Part shown: one piece after another, positions 51,650 through 63,784 of the stretch | Numbering within the stretch: the stretch's first letter is position 1 | Layout of the letters: the number at the start of each line of letters is the position of its first letter | From: Trichosphaerium sp. ATCC 40318 | Taxonomy: Eukaryota > Protista > Tubulinea | Assembly: GCA_038496445.1 (NCBI GenBank) | Contig: JALMLS010000514.1 | Coordinates: forward strand, 62,001-126,000 | DNA: 64,000 nt | Direction of reading: 5' to 3' | The notes under the pieces: generated by a model | Told to the model about the DNA's origin: nothing | The model's input: only the letters and a program-made list of their open reading frames with translations | The model's database searches: none | Made by a program: the position numbers and the translations under genes

Positions 51650-53240
51650 ATGGAACCTACAACAACAAGTACGTGTGATGATTTGTCATTTGTCTTTTTT
51701 TACTCAACAAAACTAAACTGCCCTGAAGCGCTTTTTGATGTACCGCCAGAAATGATTCTGCATGTCTTCTCTTTTTTCACGGCGCGTGGTGGTACGTGTT
51801 TTCGTTGTTGGTTAAACGTTTAAAAGTTAATTTTGTTCCAAGACTTACATTCGGCGATGTTAGCCAATAAAACGCTATGCGGACTTGCTGACTGTGCGTA
51901 TAGACAAGTTTAAACAACCGTTAACGATGCAATATTAAATAAATTCTTAATCTCTTGTTTTAGCGAATCCAGCATGGTCTTCATTGTACAAAAGGCGATT
52001 TCCAGTATTCTACGAAATGCTGCACTCAGAAGGGATAGAAGACTGGAAACAATGCCTTAGAGATACCCTTACAGGTAAAAAACTAGTAGATGTACAAGTG
52101 TACCATCGTAACAGATCTTCGGGGTTTGATATGTCATGTTTCACGTACGTTATTTTTTTTGTTCTTCCACCAGCGTTGAAAACACGTGCGCTTTTCTTGT
52201 TTTAACAATAATCAGTACTCGTTTCTACTTAGCCTTCCTTGACATCCTATTTTGGGTGTTTTGTTAATTGGTTTTTGTTTGGTGTCTTCTTTTGCTGACT
52301 CGTTTTGTAAAAGTGGACGTTGTTCGTTGTTATCAACCACAAACAAAAAAGGAGAAGTTGATCCATCTAATGATACGTATAAGGCTTTCTTTCCAGGAGT
52401 TGTACGACCAATGTTTTAATTTATTTTTTTCTTTTTTTTTTATTTGTCATGAAACAAATAGATCTCTATAGCAGTCCGTTTATATCAACCCGTAAAATAT
52501 GTATGTGAATATGTTGTACTAAATTTTAATGTACAGAACGCCAGAAAAGAAACAGAAGAAACGTGCTCAGGAGATCAAATTCGTGCACTTCCTAAGAGAG
52601 TTAGAGGAATGCCAGTACGTGATGTATATCAGCCTGAGCATCCAGAGAATTGTAAAGTGGGTGACTGTGTTGAGCTACAGTACGTTTATATTGTACTTAA
52701 AAACAACCTTTATCTAATATATCTATTATAGATGGAAGAAACCACGACGTACAAAGCAATTTCAAGTTCTCGAAAACTTCTTTTATTTGACTAACTGTTG
52801 TTGTTAGATGGCGCTTTTGGATGGTGGTTTGGTATTGTTGATAGTATTGATAAAGAAACTGGTGACGTTTTGTTGGCATTCACACATTTTCAAAAGACAT
52901 CTTCATGGTATCATATAAATATACCTGGTGGTTTAGGCGTCCGAAAGGTACAGTTCTAGCTAACCAACTAGTAACTCAATATCATTAAAGTATGCATTTC
53001 TTATGTTTTGTTAATATAGGAAATAAGTGATGCTGGTCCTGGAGGATATATTGGCCATTTCAGACCTATGACAGAGGAAACTGAGGCGTATGGTTTTTTC
53101 AAAAAATGAAAACAAAGAATTTTTTTTTGTTTGAAATCTTCATGTATTAATGATTGTGTAGTACTTGGATGACTTACTTGAGAGCTTTAAATAGTGATGC
53201 AGATGAATGGATAAAGAATAAACGTAAAGAAAGAAAATAA
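51650..53240 (+). CDS. F-box protein resembling the plant At2g26850/At2g32560 family
   Basis: LFDVPPEMILHVFSF F-box; QVYHRNRSSGFDMSCF, KVGDCVELQW, FGWWFGIV, GGYIGHFRPM match recalled family motifs. Confidence 0.72.
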
Positions 53241-53522
53241 AATAGCCTTACTCCACAATAAAGATTTACAATGAAAATTGTTCAAAACATCAGCTTTAAT
53301 TAGTTTTTATGAACTACGATGGTGTGGTATGACTTGTCCACTCCGTGCTGTATTTATTACAAAGGCTGCGGCGCATTACAGGCTGGCAACGGTAATAAAT
53401 TGACAAGTCAAAACAGCCAACAGACTTTTTTTTTCTCCGTGCAACTCGGTTAAGTTGATATGTTTAAGGCAGCTTGCACTTTATTGCCTTTCCACGCTAA
53501 CTCCCAGTACACACTTCATAAC

Positions 53523-54636
53523 ATGCTTCGTTTTACTACCCGACGTGCCGTCGCTCAATCAACACGCGTATCTCGCACAGCAACTAGCAAAAAAGTTGTT
53601 AGCGCTAAAACTACGTTGCAACGTCCTAGTGTAAGGACATTCAACACGTCTACGCCTAAAATGTATGCTGGTAGCTTCTTCTCAGGTTGGTTTGGTGCGC
53701 ATGGGGTTTATTGCTTTTTGGGAACCAAACTAAGAAACCGAACGAACAACTTTTTTAAACTCCGATATTAGCTCTAGCTGACGTAATTGCGCGTAGGAAA
53801 CAAAAAAACTGGGTCTGCACCACAAACCGAGGTCGAAGAACCAAAATCACCACAACATCAGTCAAAATCGGTCGAAACACCTGAATCCGCAAGCGGGCAA
53901 TCCGGTATGGGTAATAATACTGCAAAAGGAGGAAACGCGCCAAATTTTGTTGACAGCGACGTTACTGCCGCCGAAGACGATAAAAGATTCAAACCAATGC
54001 GTGAGAAGATCGATGCTCACGCTAAAGCAAGAGGAGAGTTCTATGATGCTGCTGCTAAGGCTCATGACGCTAAAGATGGTGCTAAAGCAAAGGAACTATC
54101 ACTAAAAGGAAAAGAACAAGGTGAATTGATGAAAAAAGCCCAAGAAGACCTCGCTTTGGCTGTCTTTAAATACAAGTAAGCTCTTTTATTTGGTATTAAT
54201 ATTTTACGCTTTTATGATACTGCACAAACGTCTTTTATTGTTTTTCTTTATTATTACTAACAACTGATTAGGAATGATGCTCTTGGAGATGGAGAGATTG
54301 ACCTACACGGCCTATCAAGTAAGAACTTCTTTTTTTTTTTTTCGTTTTTTTTTTTCGTTTTTTCTAGAGTTTTTTTTCGCCTTAACAAACCTTCGTTTCA
54401 CCTCTCTTGCATTGAGTTTAACTCATTATGTTATAGCTGATCAAGCGCTCCAGTTTTTGGACGAACGTATTGAGAAGGTAAAGGGCAGCGGTGAGCTTAA
54501 TGTAATTACTGGAGCTGGAAAGCATAGCGGACATGATGGTCCTAAAATTAAACCAGCTGTATTGTCACACCTCAAAAAAGGAGGTTACAATTTCAAACAA
54601 GACGACAATGGTGGTTCTATTATTGTCACTGTATAA
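53523..54636 (+). CDS. DUF1771 + Smr (small MutS-related) domain protein with mitochondrial-type presequence
   Basis: Arg/Ser/Thr-rich acid-free N-terminus; AAKAHDAKDGAKAKELSLKGK (DUF1771); IDLHGL, VITGAGKHS..KIKPAV (Smr). Confidence 0.88.
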
Positions 54637-54798
54637 GAATTAAAACAATACGCTATTTATCCCATCCTTGTCTCAACGTTTCATCTTTGGGATGAAGTTC
54701 CTTTTTCGGGCCTTAAACTTGTGTCACGTGCTTGAATCACGTTGAATCAGTTAGCTTTTTTTTTGTCATTCAGCGCTAGAACGTTAACGTACCTCGCT

Positions 54799-56097
54799 AT
54801 GAATTGTAACACACTTCAGATACAAGGCATCCAGTCGCAAGAGCAGCTTGGAGAAATAAGCAAACAGCTAAAAGAAGACTCAAATTTATCAACGTTTTCG
54901 TGGACCAACGGTATGGGTTGAGATACTGTATTGATTTTAACAAGATAAAGGAGCTAGCGATAACGCTATTGAATTGTTAAAAAGCGATCACGTGGGTACT
55001 ATTCACTTGAAGTACGAATAAGTTGACTGATATTTTGTTTAATTGTATTTTTTTTTTTCACAACTAGTGACTGTCCTATGGTTACACCTATTGCTTTTGA
55101 ACACTTATCCAAGAATTTTCCATGTGCGTAAATTCTACAAGATCAACATTGTCAATAAAATATGTAGCAATTGAGTGTTTGACTACAGATGATAAAAGAA
55201 TCCTTGAATGGGTTGAGTTTTTTTCACATAAGAAAACGACATTAAAAATAAACAAGTTTAAAGTTGTCTGGTGGCTTCTCAGAAAGACAACTATTGATAC
55301 CATAATATCAGTACAGCCTTGATTAGGTTAGTATTTTATTACTTACTATTTACAAAACAAGAATAGAGGATCTACGTTGCTAGAAGAATGGGATTTTTAC
55401 AACGAGCCTTTTGAAGACTGTGCGAAAAAACCCTAATTGTTGAACTTTGGTGTGTTCTTTTAACACCTTGTGTAGATGCAATTAAACAGTTTATAGAAGA
55501 GCGTGTATTAATATCAGAAGTAGAGAATGACTATTGCTTAAGAAAGATAAAGGAGTTTCACGAAAACAAAGGAAAAGAGGCATTACAGAACCTGCATCAG
55601 TTCCTTGCACCTGCAGCTGTTTTTCACCTTGGTACTACCTTCATTTAAGTCTACTGTGGTAAATAAATTTAACTGGTTACTTTGAAGCCAATGAACTATC
55701 TGAAGATGGGGAATTTGAGGATGAAGATGAGGATGAAGATGGGGAATCTGAGGAGGAAGCCGAGGAATCTGAGGAAGGGGAACCAGATTTTTATATTGAT
55801 AAAACACCCAGCCCGATAATTGAGAATCAACACAGCCAATACAAACCAATACAAAGTCAGCCTGAGCAAGAAGGTTATTTAAATGCACAAGTAATACATA
55901 AAGAAACTAGACACAACGAAATACCCAACAACTTCAGGTGTGGTGTCATTGCTGATAAATATAAAAAAATTAAAATCTCAAATAAGATATATGAAGTTCA
56001 GCACTTCACGAAGCCTGCAGTTGACATGGATATACAAGCTATGCTACATTATCAATCAAACCAACAGCATCTGGATAAATATCATGGAAACATATAA
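54799..56097 (+). CDS. Hypothetical protein with acidic low-complexity segment (exon joins partly unresolved)
   Basis: Several open exons flanked by GT/AG; last exon SEDGEFEDEDEDEDGESEEE.. to TAA 56095-56097. Confidence 0.4.
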
Positions 56098-56750
56098 TTG
56101 TAATCAGAGTAATGTTAAGGAAGAATACAGGGCTCAGTTACATGTAAAGAGTGCAAGGTTGCTGTAGATAGCGAAATTTAGTAAGCTTTAATAAATCATA
56201 GTCAAGTTCCATAACACTAGAACTTGTTCAAGTGTCAAGCTGCACTATGTATTCAGTAACGTTAATAACCATTACTTAGAGAAGCAATGTTTTATGACAC
56301 ATGGCCTCTCCTGGAGTGTCGATAACAACGATGTAACATAAACATCTAGGTGCAAAACCAATAGTTAGATCTAAAAGAGGCAGTGAGCTAGCGTAGATTG
56401 TAACGCTGTTGTACGCATTTCAGGTCATATAGCAACTGCGTCATTTTACTTGGTATACTGCAACGACGATTACATTGTTGTCATCGTTGTTGAGCTTGAT
56501 GCATCAATAGTAGCGATTAGAAAAAATGATTGAGTTGGAATGTTGTAAAACATAGTTTTTATGGATGCGTTGCTATCAAGTACTGCATTATTTTCGCATG
56601 TCATAAGTTTTGGTGTCACGTGTAGACTCAAGCATATATTTGTGATACACTTTTTTTATGGAAAAGTGTTCAACCAACCATTTTTGTTTGACACAAAAAA
56701 AAAACCCAACCCACGTGACTTTGTGAGATTAGTGGAAACTAAAAAAGACA

Positions 56751-57699
56751 ATGAAAGCTGCTCTTTGTACGATAGTAGTTGTCGTATCTATTTTTCTGCT
56801 TGACGTAGCGCTTGCTGATATAAATACAGAATATTGCGGTACAAACTGCACTTATAACAGCGACTGCTACTCTGGAGATCGTTATTACAATCCATGCACC
56901 TTATGTGGTCGTTCAGGGCTATGTGAGCCTATGTGCGGCGCTGGGTGTAGGTCTGATGGTGATTGTAGAACGCCTTCAGCTGGAAATCCTTGTAATCAAT
57001 GCGTTAACAACAAATGCGTTAACCCAATGCCTTTATGTGGTTCTTTCTGCGGTGGAGATGATTCTTCGTGTAGAATGAATGGAACTGGTAGCTGCGCTGG
57101 TGATGGTTCATGCTGCACGTGCTCTGAAAACGCCACGAAAGGGTGCGTGTCAGATGTTACCCCAACAAGTTCGAGTGTTTGTGGTAAGATTTGTCCGACT
57201 TCTGGGACATGTGTTAACGACCCAAAATGCCCGCAATGTGTAGGATACTATTGTTCCCCTCCTGCGAAATGTGGTCAAGTACGTACTATGCATATTGCAC
57301 TACATTCTTTAGAGTATTGACATGTTTTAAAACAAATAGAATTGTATAAGTTCAGGGCAATGCGAAGTGAATGGACCCTCTTGTGGCAGTTGTATTGGAA
57401 CTATTTGCGAAAAGTGTCATAGCTGTGGAGGTAGCTGTGGAGAAGATTCTTGGTGTTGTAGCGGCTGCCCAGTATGTGGTAATGTAGCCACTTGCGTAAG
57501 CTCAGAAGAATGGGAGAGACAAGTTGAAGAGCATAAGAAACTTGGTGACTTGGAAGAATTCCTTGAAAGCACAAGGCAAGCTAAAAAAGCAGTTCTGTTG
57601 GCTTCTGTGCAAAAGTTAAAAGACGAAGATAATAGCGAACTGAGAGAAGCTCAAAAAGAAGCCACAGCAAAGTATCTAGAAAAGCATGATGAGTTGTAG
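56751..57699 (+). CDS. Secreted protein with six tandem knottin-like Cys modules and a charged helical tail
   Basis: Signal peptide; repeated C-x3-C-x5-C-x(3-9)-C-x2-C-x(4-5)-C; one intron at about 57279-57339. Confidence 0.85.
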
Positions 57700-58317
57700 T
57701 AGTTCTTTAACAATATCGAATTTAAAAAACCCAAAAAATATGTTTTACATTTTCTTCGCTGTTCTATTGCACCGAACAACTATTCTCTATTTTATTTGTT
57801 TTATGTGTTTTAAATCACGTGCTCTTTGGATATATGGATATTGGTTTATGGTTACTATTCTTGAAAACGCTTTTTTTGGCCAAGTCAAAGTGGCTAGTTG
57901 CAAGGCGATTAACGATGCAAGTTCACACTTTGGTGTGGGCCATGTGCCAATAATTAGGGTGCTGTACTACATCAGTTTTAATCGCCGCTTGGCAACACGT
58001 GATTTATTCGCTTTTGTTTAATATTACCACTTGTAAGAGATATAGCGTATCCAGATAAACGGTGAGCGCCGTTTGGAAATAAATGCTTTAGATGGAAAAC
58101 AAGGCTTGTGTGGTATTAAACACCAAACGAAAGGATAAATTGGTAACTAAAAATACAAAATATTCGTGTGGTGCTAAAGGGAGCGAGAAATAAAGAGCGT
58201 GGATGTACGTGACTTGTTTGTTTCACAGAACTATGACGCAATATTTATCTTGCCTCATACAACAAAATTAAAAAATCAAACACCAACAGTAACAAGTTAA
58301 ACATAATAACAACAAAT

Positions 58318-59092
58318 ATGAGCGATCAAGAATACGATTCCAATGAATGCAGCGAAGAACAATCAGTATCAGATCAAGAATTAAATTCTGAAGAAGAAGA
58401 AGTATCAGAAGAAACCAGTAATTGTGAAGAAGAAAGTGATGAATGTCAAGACGATGATGAGGATGAAGCAGAAGAAAGTGATTTGCGCGTTAGCGCTCCA
58501 GTCATTCAAGGACATTTCTACGGACCGGACAGGTTGTCTTCAATCAGAGATGATACAAATAAGCTATTCAAGAATATTGAAGCTCAATCATGGTCAACTA
58601 TTGGTATCGGATATTGGCCTTTTCATTTATTTAAAAAGAGAAGCACTGCAAAGCCAAAAAATAGCTTTATGCAAGTGTATGCACAAAGACAAGGCGGGGA
58701 ATATGAATCTGCCTACCTTTTAATTTGGGAAGGTCAATGTGGTAAGTGAGAATAACAAAGACAATCATGCATTGCTAGAGTTTTTCGATGTTTTCAGTTT
58801 TCTGATTTGTTTAGGACCTATTGGATTTCCTACACACGTGATATCTTTGATGTCGGATTCAGAACATAGATGGGTTATGGGTAGATCAAGTAAGAAGATG
58901 TCAAAAGACCAAGTTCGTTTGGTAGCTAGTGGTGCAAAAGCAAAAATACAAGTACCTTGCTTTGCAGTTGGCAAAGAAAAGCTTGTTTCGTTTGCCAGGT
59001 TACTTGCTCCTTTTGTATCTATTACACCACGTGATAAAAAGAAAACTTTTGGGACAGATCTAAGGACTTTCAAAGCTGAAGAACTTGTATAA
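58318..59092 (+). CDS. Hypothetical protein, acidic N-terminus followed by a globular domain
   Basis: Two exons joined by a phase-1 GT-AG intron (about 58742-58815); no family recognised. Confidence 0.65.
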
Positions 59093-59403
59093 AAAATCAA
59101 TAAAACCAACACTGTTAATCATGTTTTTTTGATAAGGATGGCTAAACCAATTATGAACCGAACAAACTTCGTTTTGCAATTTTTGTTTTTGACTTTTTTT
59201 TGTTTATGTTTATTTAGTTTCTGTGTTTCAATTGTTTTTTGGTTAAGCGCAAGTTAAGTTTCTTGAACTGGAAAGGCACAGGTGGTTTAACAAGCGTCAT
59301 AGCAACAGGTTCCAATCAGGTGCATCTGTATGAACACCATTCATTGTATCAACGCTTCACTAAATCTTATTACTATTTGACATTTTATAACACTCTTCCA
59401 ATT

Positions 59404-60886
59404 ATGTCTACAGCAACAAAACTAAAAGCAGACGCGTCAGCTGTAACCAATCATCAAGAATTAAACCATGACGTTTTATTGACTCTATTTATGCCAATGT
59501 CGCCTATGCACATAATAAAGAGCGTATCTTTGGTATCTAAGGTGCTTTGTGCTTGCATGTATTTTTTTATTTGTAATTCACCGTTTTGATAGCATTGGCG
59601 CAATGTGGCATTGTCTGATCCGTTATGGAGGAAATTTATGAACATTACGTACAAAGAAATAGCAAAGGTACTCAAGATTTTACTTTTTCTTCAAAACAGC
59701 CTTTCTCACCTCACTTTTTTTCCGTTTGTACACCCTTTTATCTACTTACAATACATTGGTTCAACACTACAACGTAATCTTTCTATTCGTTATTTATTAT
59801 TACACCACGTGATATTTGCAAAGAAGAGTTAAGTATGATTTAGGAAATAACACGAGAAGAAAATGAGAGTTGGTATGACACATATTGCAAGGCTACCAAG
59901 AGTATTCCAGTGCCACAGTTTATTGAAAATGATATTGATTGTTTAAATATCAAGTTTGTTTACCAAGCAATGCGCTTGAGCGAGCCTGTATCCAAGTGAG
60001 TACAAAGCTAGCATAAATGTTAAATACACTAACGGCTTTTTTCCATAAAAGGTCCGATGATTTCTTCCCAGACCGTTCAGCACCCAGGGTTATTGAAGGT
60101 CTAATTCTGAAGTGTAAGGTGGTAAACGATAGTGGTATACCTTTGGAGAGAATCCATCTAATGGCTGTGGTTACTGCGCTTGCTTGCGGCCAGGAAGAAA
60201 ACGTAACGCTAGAAAACATTGTAAAAATCACGTATCCATCTAAAGAAGAATCAACCTGCACTCTACAATCGTACGACTAAGTCCTTATATATCTCAAACA
60301 AACATTAAAAACATTCATAGAGCTTTATATGCTCTTGCTATGGATCAGCTACCATGCCTAGTGAAGCAACAAAATGAAGAAACTATTGATAAAACCCAAA
60401 TAGGTATTTCGCCTTTTATTTACACTGAAGGAGCCCTAGCAGGTTGCCCTTTTGTATATCCTGAACAAGCGTTCACAGCAGGTAAATTGTATTAATATCT
60501 TATTGTTAGTTTTAAGCTTACTATCCTTTCAGGCGTTCACCTTCCACTCGAACCTCCTTTTCAGTTCTTTAAATCATTATTTGAAACTGAAGATCTTGAA
60601 GAAAATGATATCCATGCAATGTATTACTCATCTAGTATTACTGTGAGAGAAATCCACGAGTCTGTATGGCTTGAGGACCACTCTAGTGTACGTTAAACCC
60701 ACAAAGAGATTCTAAGAGGTTTTTATTTCTTTTGAGATTTTATATTTTGATGATTGTTCCTAGTTTTGTCCTGCCTACTTCGATGCAGGTTGTCGTAGAT
60801 ATTTTAAGACCTATATATCTTCATACCTGTGTACGAAAAGGGGTGAAATTATTGTTATGGCTGCTAAGCGACACGCTTATTATTAA
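59404..60886 (+). CDS. F-box domain protein
   Basis: ELNHDVLLTLF..VSLVSKHWRNVALSDPLW; exons join in frame through to TAA 60884-60886. Confidence 0.7.
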
Positions 60887-61147
60887 TGACTTTGTAAACA
60901 ACACAAACTTGACTGACATTTATTCAAATACAACATTTACTTCTATTCCTTTTTTTGCGCCTCGAACATTAGCAGTACTGATAATATTCCAACAACCTGT
61001 AACTGTATTAGCGTTATTGGTCTTTTGATTCTTTAACATAAGGCTTTATTGGCATTTTTCACGTTTGGTACAAGCCAGCGACTACAAAGAAGAGTTGTGA
61101 TGAATGCTGGCTTATACCCTCTCAGTTTTCTTAATCTTGATAGTCTT

Positions 61148-62777
61148 TTATTTACTTTCTTTGTTAGGGATATATTCCTTCAATTGACCGTTTTCATCCC
61201 ACTCCTTTACATCGCCTTGTGGCTTGTTGTCTTTATAATTTCTAAGTGATTTCATATGCCCGTTTTTATGATACTGTATTTGTTTTCCGTCTTGTTTATC
61301 TTCCTTGAAGTGACTTTGTAACCATAACTGATCATCATCATACCACTCTTTGTAAACACCTTCTCTCTTGTCATCTTTGAAGTAGCAATGTATACGTAAG
61401 CGTCCATTCTCACGCCACCACTTGAATTCACCATCTTTTTTTCCTTCCTTAAAATGGCAAATTGAATTTATTTGGCCGTTCTCATAAAAATCTTTTGCTT
61501 CTCCATCAAGCTGATTATTCTTATATTTATGTTGACATTTTAAGTTTCCGCCTTCATACCATGCTTTATCTTGATCTCTATGTCCTTCATTGAGGAACAG
61601 TTGTACTTTTATCTGTGCATTGTCATACCATTCTTTTTCTTCACCATGCCTCTTGTTGTTTTTATAGGTAACCAGGTGAACTAATTGACTGTTTTCATTA
61701 TATGATTTGCAAATGCCTTCTTTATTACCATGTTTGTAAAAGAAAATAGATCTTAATTGACCATTATCATACCACTCTTTAGTTACACCTTCTTTCTTGC
61801 CATTTTTGAACTGACATTGTTGCATTAATTGACCATTATCATACCAGTGCTTTTTGTTCACCTTCTTTCTTGTCATTTTTGAACTGACCTTCTTGCATTA
61901 ATTGACCATTATCATACCATTGTTTGTATTCACCTTCTTTCTTGCCATTTTTGAACTGACAGTGTTGCATTAATTGACCGTTATCATACCATTGTTTGTA
62001 TTCACCTTCCTTCTTGTCATTTTTGAACTGACAGTGTTGCATTAATTGACCATTATCATACCATTGTTTGTATTCACCATCTTTCTTACCATCTATCAAA
62101 TGAGTTTGTGCGCGAGACTTACCATTCTCGTGCCACTGTTTTGCTAGGCCTTCAATCTTATCGTTCTTGTAATAAAAAAGATGACTCATTGTACCACTCT
62201 CATACCAATATTCGCCAACACCTTGCTTCTTCCCATCCGTACAATAGCACTTTTGTGAAAGAACACCATTCTTGTGCCAGAGCTTGTATTCCCCTTGCAC
62301 TCTTTTATGATTATCCAAGTAGTATTGGGCTGATACCTGACCATTTTCATAAAACTTTTCTATTAATCCTTTCTTCTGTCCACTCCGATAAAGTCGCTCT
62401 TTAACGTTTTTCGTGTTTTCGTATAGAACCTTTACAAAAAAAAAACGTTTCAGTTGAAAACACGTGATTGACAATAAACCTAAAAATGTCGTACTTCTTC
62501 AATGTCAGGTGTAAAATTACCACTGACAAGATGGTCAGTGTAGTAGCATCGTGAAGGATAATACCACAGCATTGTTCTTCTTGAGGTATGTACGCAGCTG
62601 CTTTGTGATGAACCATACAACGGCATTATTGTAGGTTTGTGAAATGATTGTCTTATCGCTGCTTTGGGCATCTTAAATCTTTTGTACATCGTAGGATGAA
62701 CGTTAACCATAGTATATCCTAGTTAGCTTATCAATATAATCTTATCTTTGTTGTTTAATGTACGTACGTCGTAACAT
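61148..62777 (-). CDS. MORN-variant (YwqK-like) repeat protein with mitochondrial-type presequence; one frameshift at about 61853
   Basis: Many 24-aa repeats KKEGEYKQWYDNGQL; N-terminus MLRRYTMVNVHPTMYKRFKMPKAAIRQSF; two 5' introns. Confidence 0.8.
61754..62080. repeat. Near-identical 72-bp coding tandem repeats
   Basis: TAATTGACC(A/G)TTATCATACCA recurs at 61754, 61826, 61899, 61971 and 62043. Confidence 0.9.
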
Positions 62778-63088
62778 CTTGTAGTGTAATGATACAAAGA
62801 AATAAAAAAATGAGATTGGTAAACTCATGATATTTATTGACTTCATCCAACTAAAACAACCGTCTCAAACAATATGACGCTTACACAAGGAGCCGAATGA
62901 TACCAAAAAGGGTACGAAGTAAAAGTACATGGTTAACAAAACTACATACTGTCTGTCTCATTCAAGTTTTGAGGCCGAATTGTAACAAAAAAAAATAAGT
63001 GCTGATCGATTCTGCCACTGACTCGCGTACGATCTTTGATTACCGTTGACTTTTTTAGTTTGTGCTTGTCTAGGTCTACAACAGCGGA

Positions 63089-63784
63089 ATGTTACGAATA
63101 AGTGTTAACCCACGCCCTATGTGCAGGAGCGGTAGAGCGAATGCCAAATTAACGAAGTTTGTACGGCAAATCCCTTCTAGAGGCCGTTCTACGCTGTCAA
63201 GTGTTAGAAAATCGAATATCGTAGCTAATTCACGTCAATTACGCTTCAATACAACATTATTCTCTTCAATGCGACTGTATTGCACCGCAACGCCTAAAAC
63301 AGAAGACGTACCTACGCCACCTACAACAGGCGAGCATAAAACGTACCATCCAAACGGAAAACTGTCACTTCACTGTTTTTACGAGAACGGACGCTTACAC
63401 GGTGAATACAAGCAATATAGAGACGATGGTAATATCCAGATGCATTGTCATTACTTTGAAGGAGAAAGAAAAGGAGAAGTAAAGAAATGGTACAAAAACG
63501 GTCAGATGTTTCTTCATGGTATAAATGTTTGGTCTAATAAGGAGGGACAGTTTACAAAATGGTTTAAAGATGGTAAAATGAACAATAAAGTCATTTTCAA
63601 GAACGGGTCATTGAGACAAGTGAAGACATTTGGCGTTAAAGGCAAAATGCAGTCTCTTGGTAATTTTGAAAATGGTCAAGCTAATGGAGAGTTTAAACTA
63701 TTTGATGATGATGGTGAATTGAAGCAACATACAATATATGAAGGTGGTAAACCAGTAAAGCAAATACCTATAAACAAAGAATAA
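63089..63784 (+). CDS. MORN-variant (YwqK-like) repeat protein with mitochondrial-type presequence, intronless
   Basis: About 65-aa Arg/Ser-rich acid-free N-terminus ending MRLYCTA, then repeats GEHKTYHPNGKL / GEVKKWYKNGQM. Confidence 0.88.
   Translation: MLRISVNPRPMCRSGRANAKLTKFVRQIPSRGRSTLSSVRKSNIVANSRQLRFNTTLFSSMRLYCTATPKTEDVPTPPTTGEHKTYHPNGKLSLHCFYENGRLHGEYKQYRDDGNIQMHCHYFEGERKGEVKKWYKNGQMFLHGINVWSNKEGQFTKWFKDGKMNNKVIFKNGSLRQVKTFGVKGKMQSLGNFENGQANGEFKLFDDDGELKQHTIYEGGKPVKQIPINKE

Noticed and set aside
55583-55888. Pro/His-repeat ORF on the minus strand
   Set aside because: Antisense of the acidic E/D-rich exon on the plus strand.
61754-62080. Regularly spaced repeats resembling a CRISPR array
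   Set aside because: The whole 72-bp unit is repeated and codes for MORN-variant repeats; there are no unique spacers or cas genes, and the context is eukaryotic.
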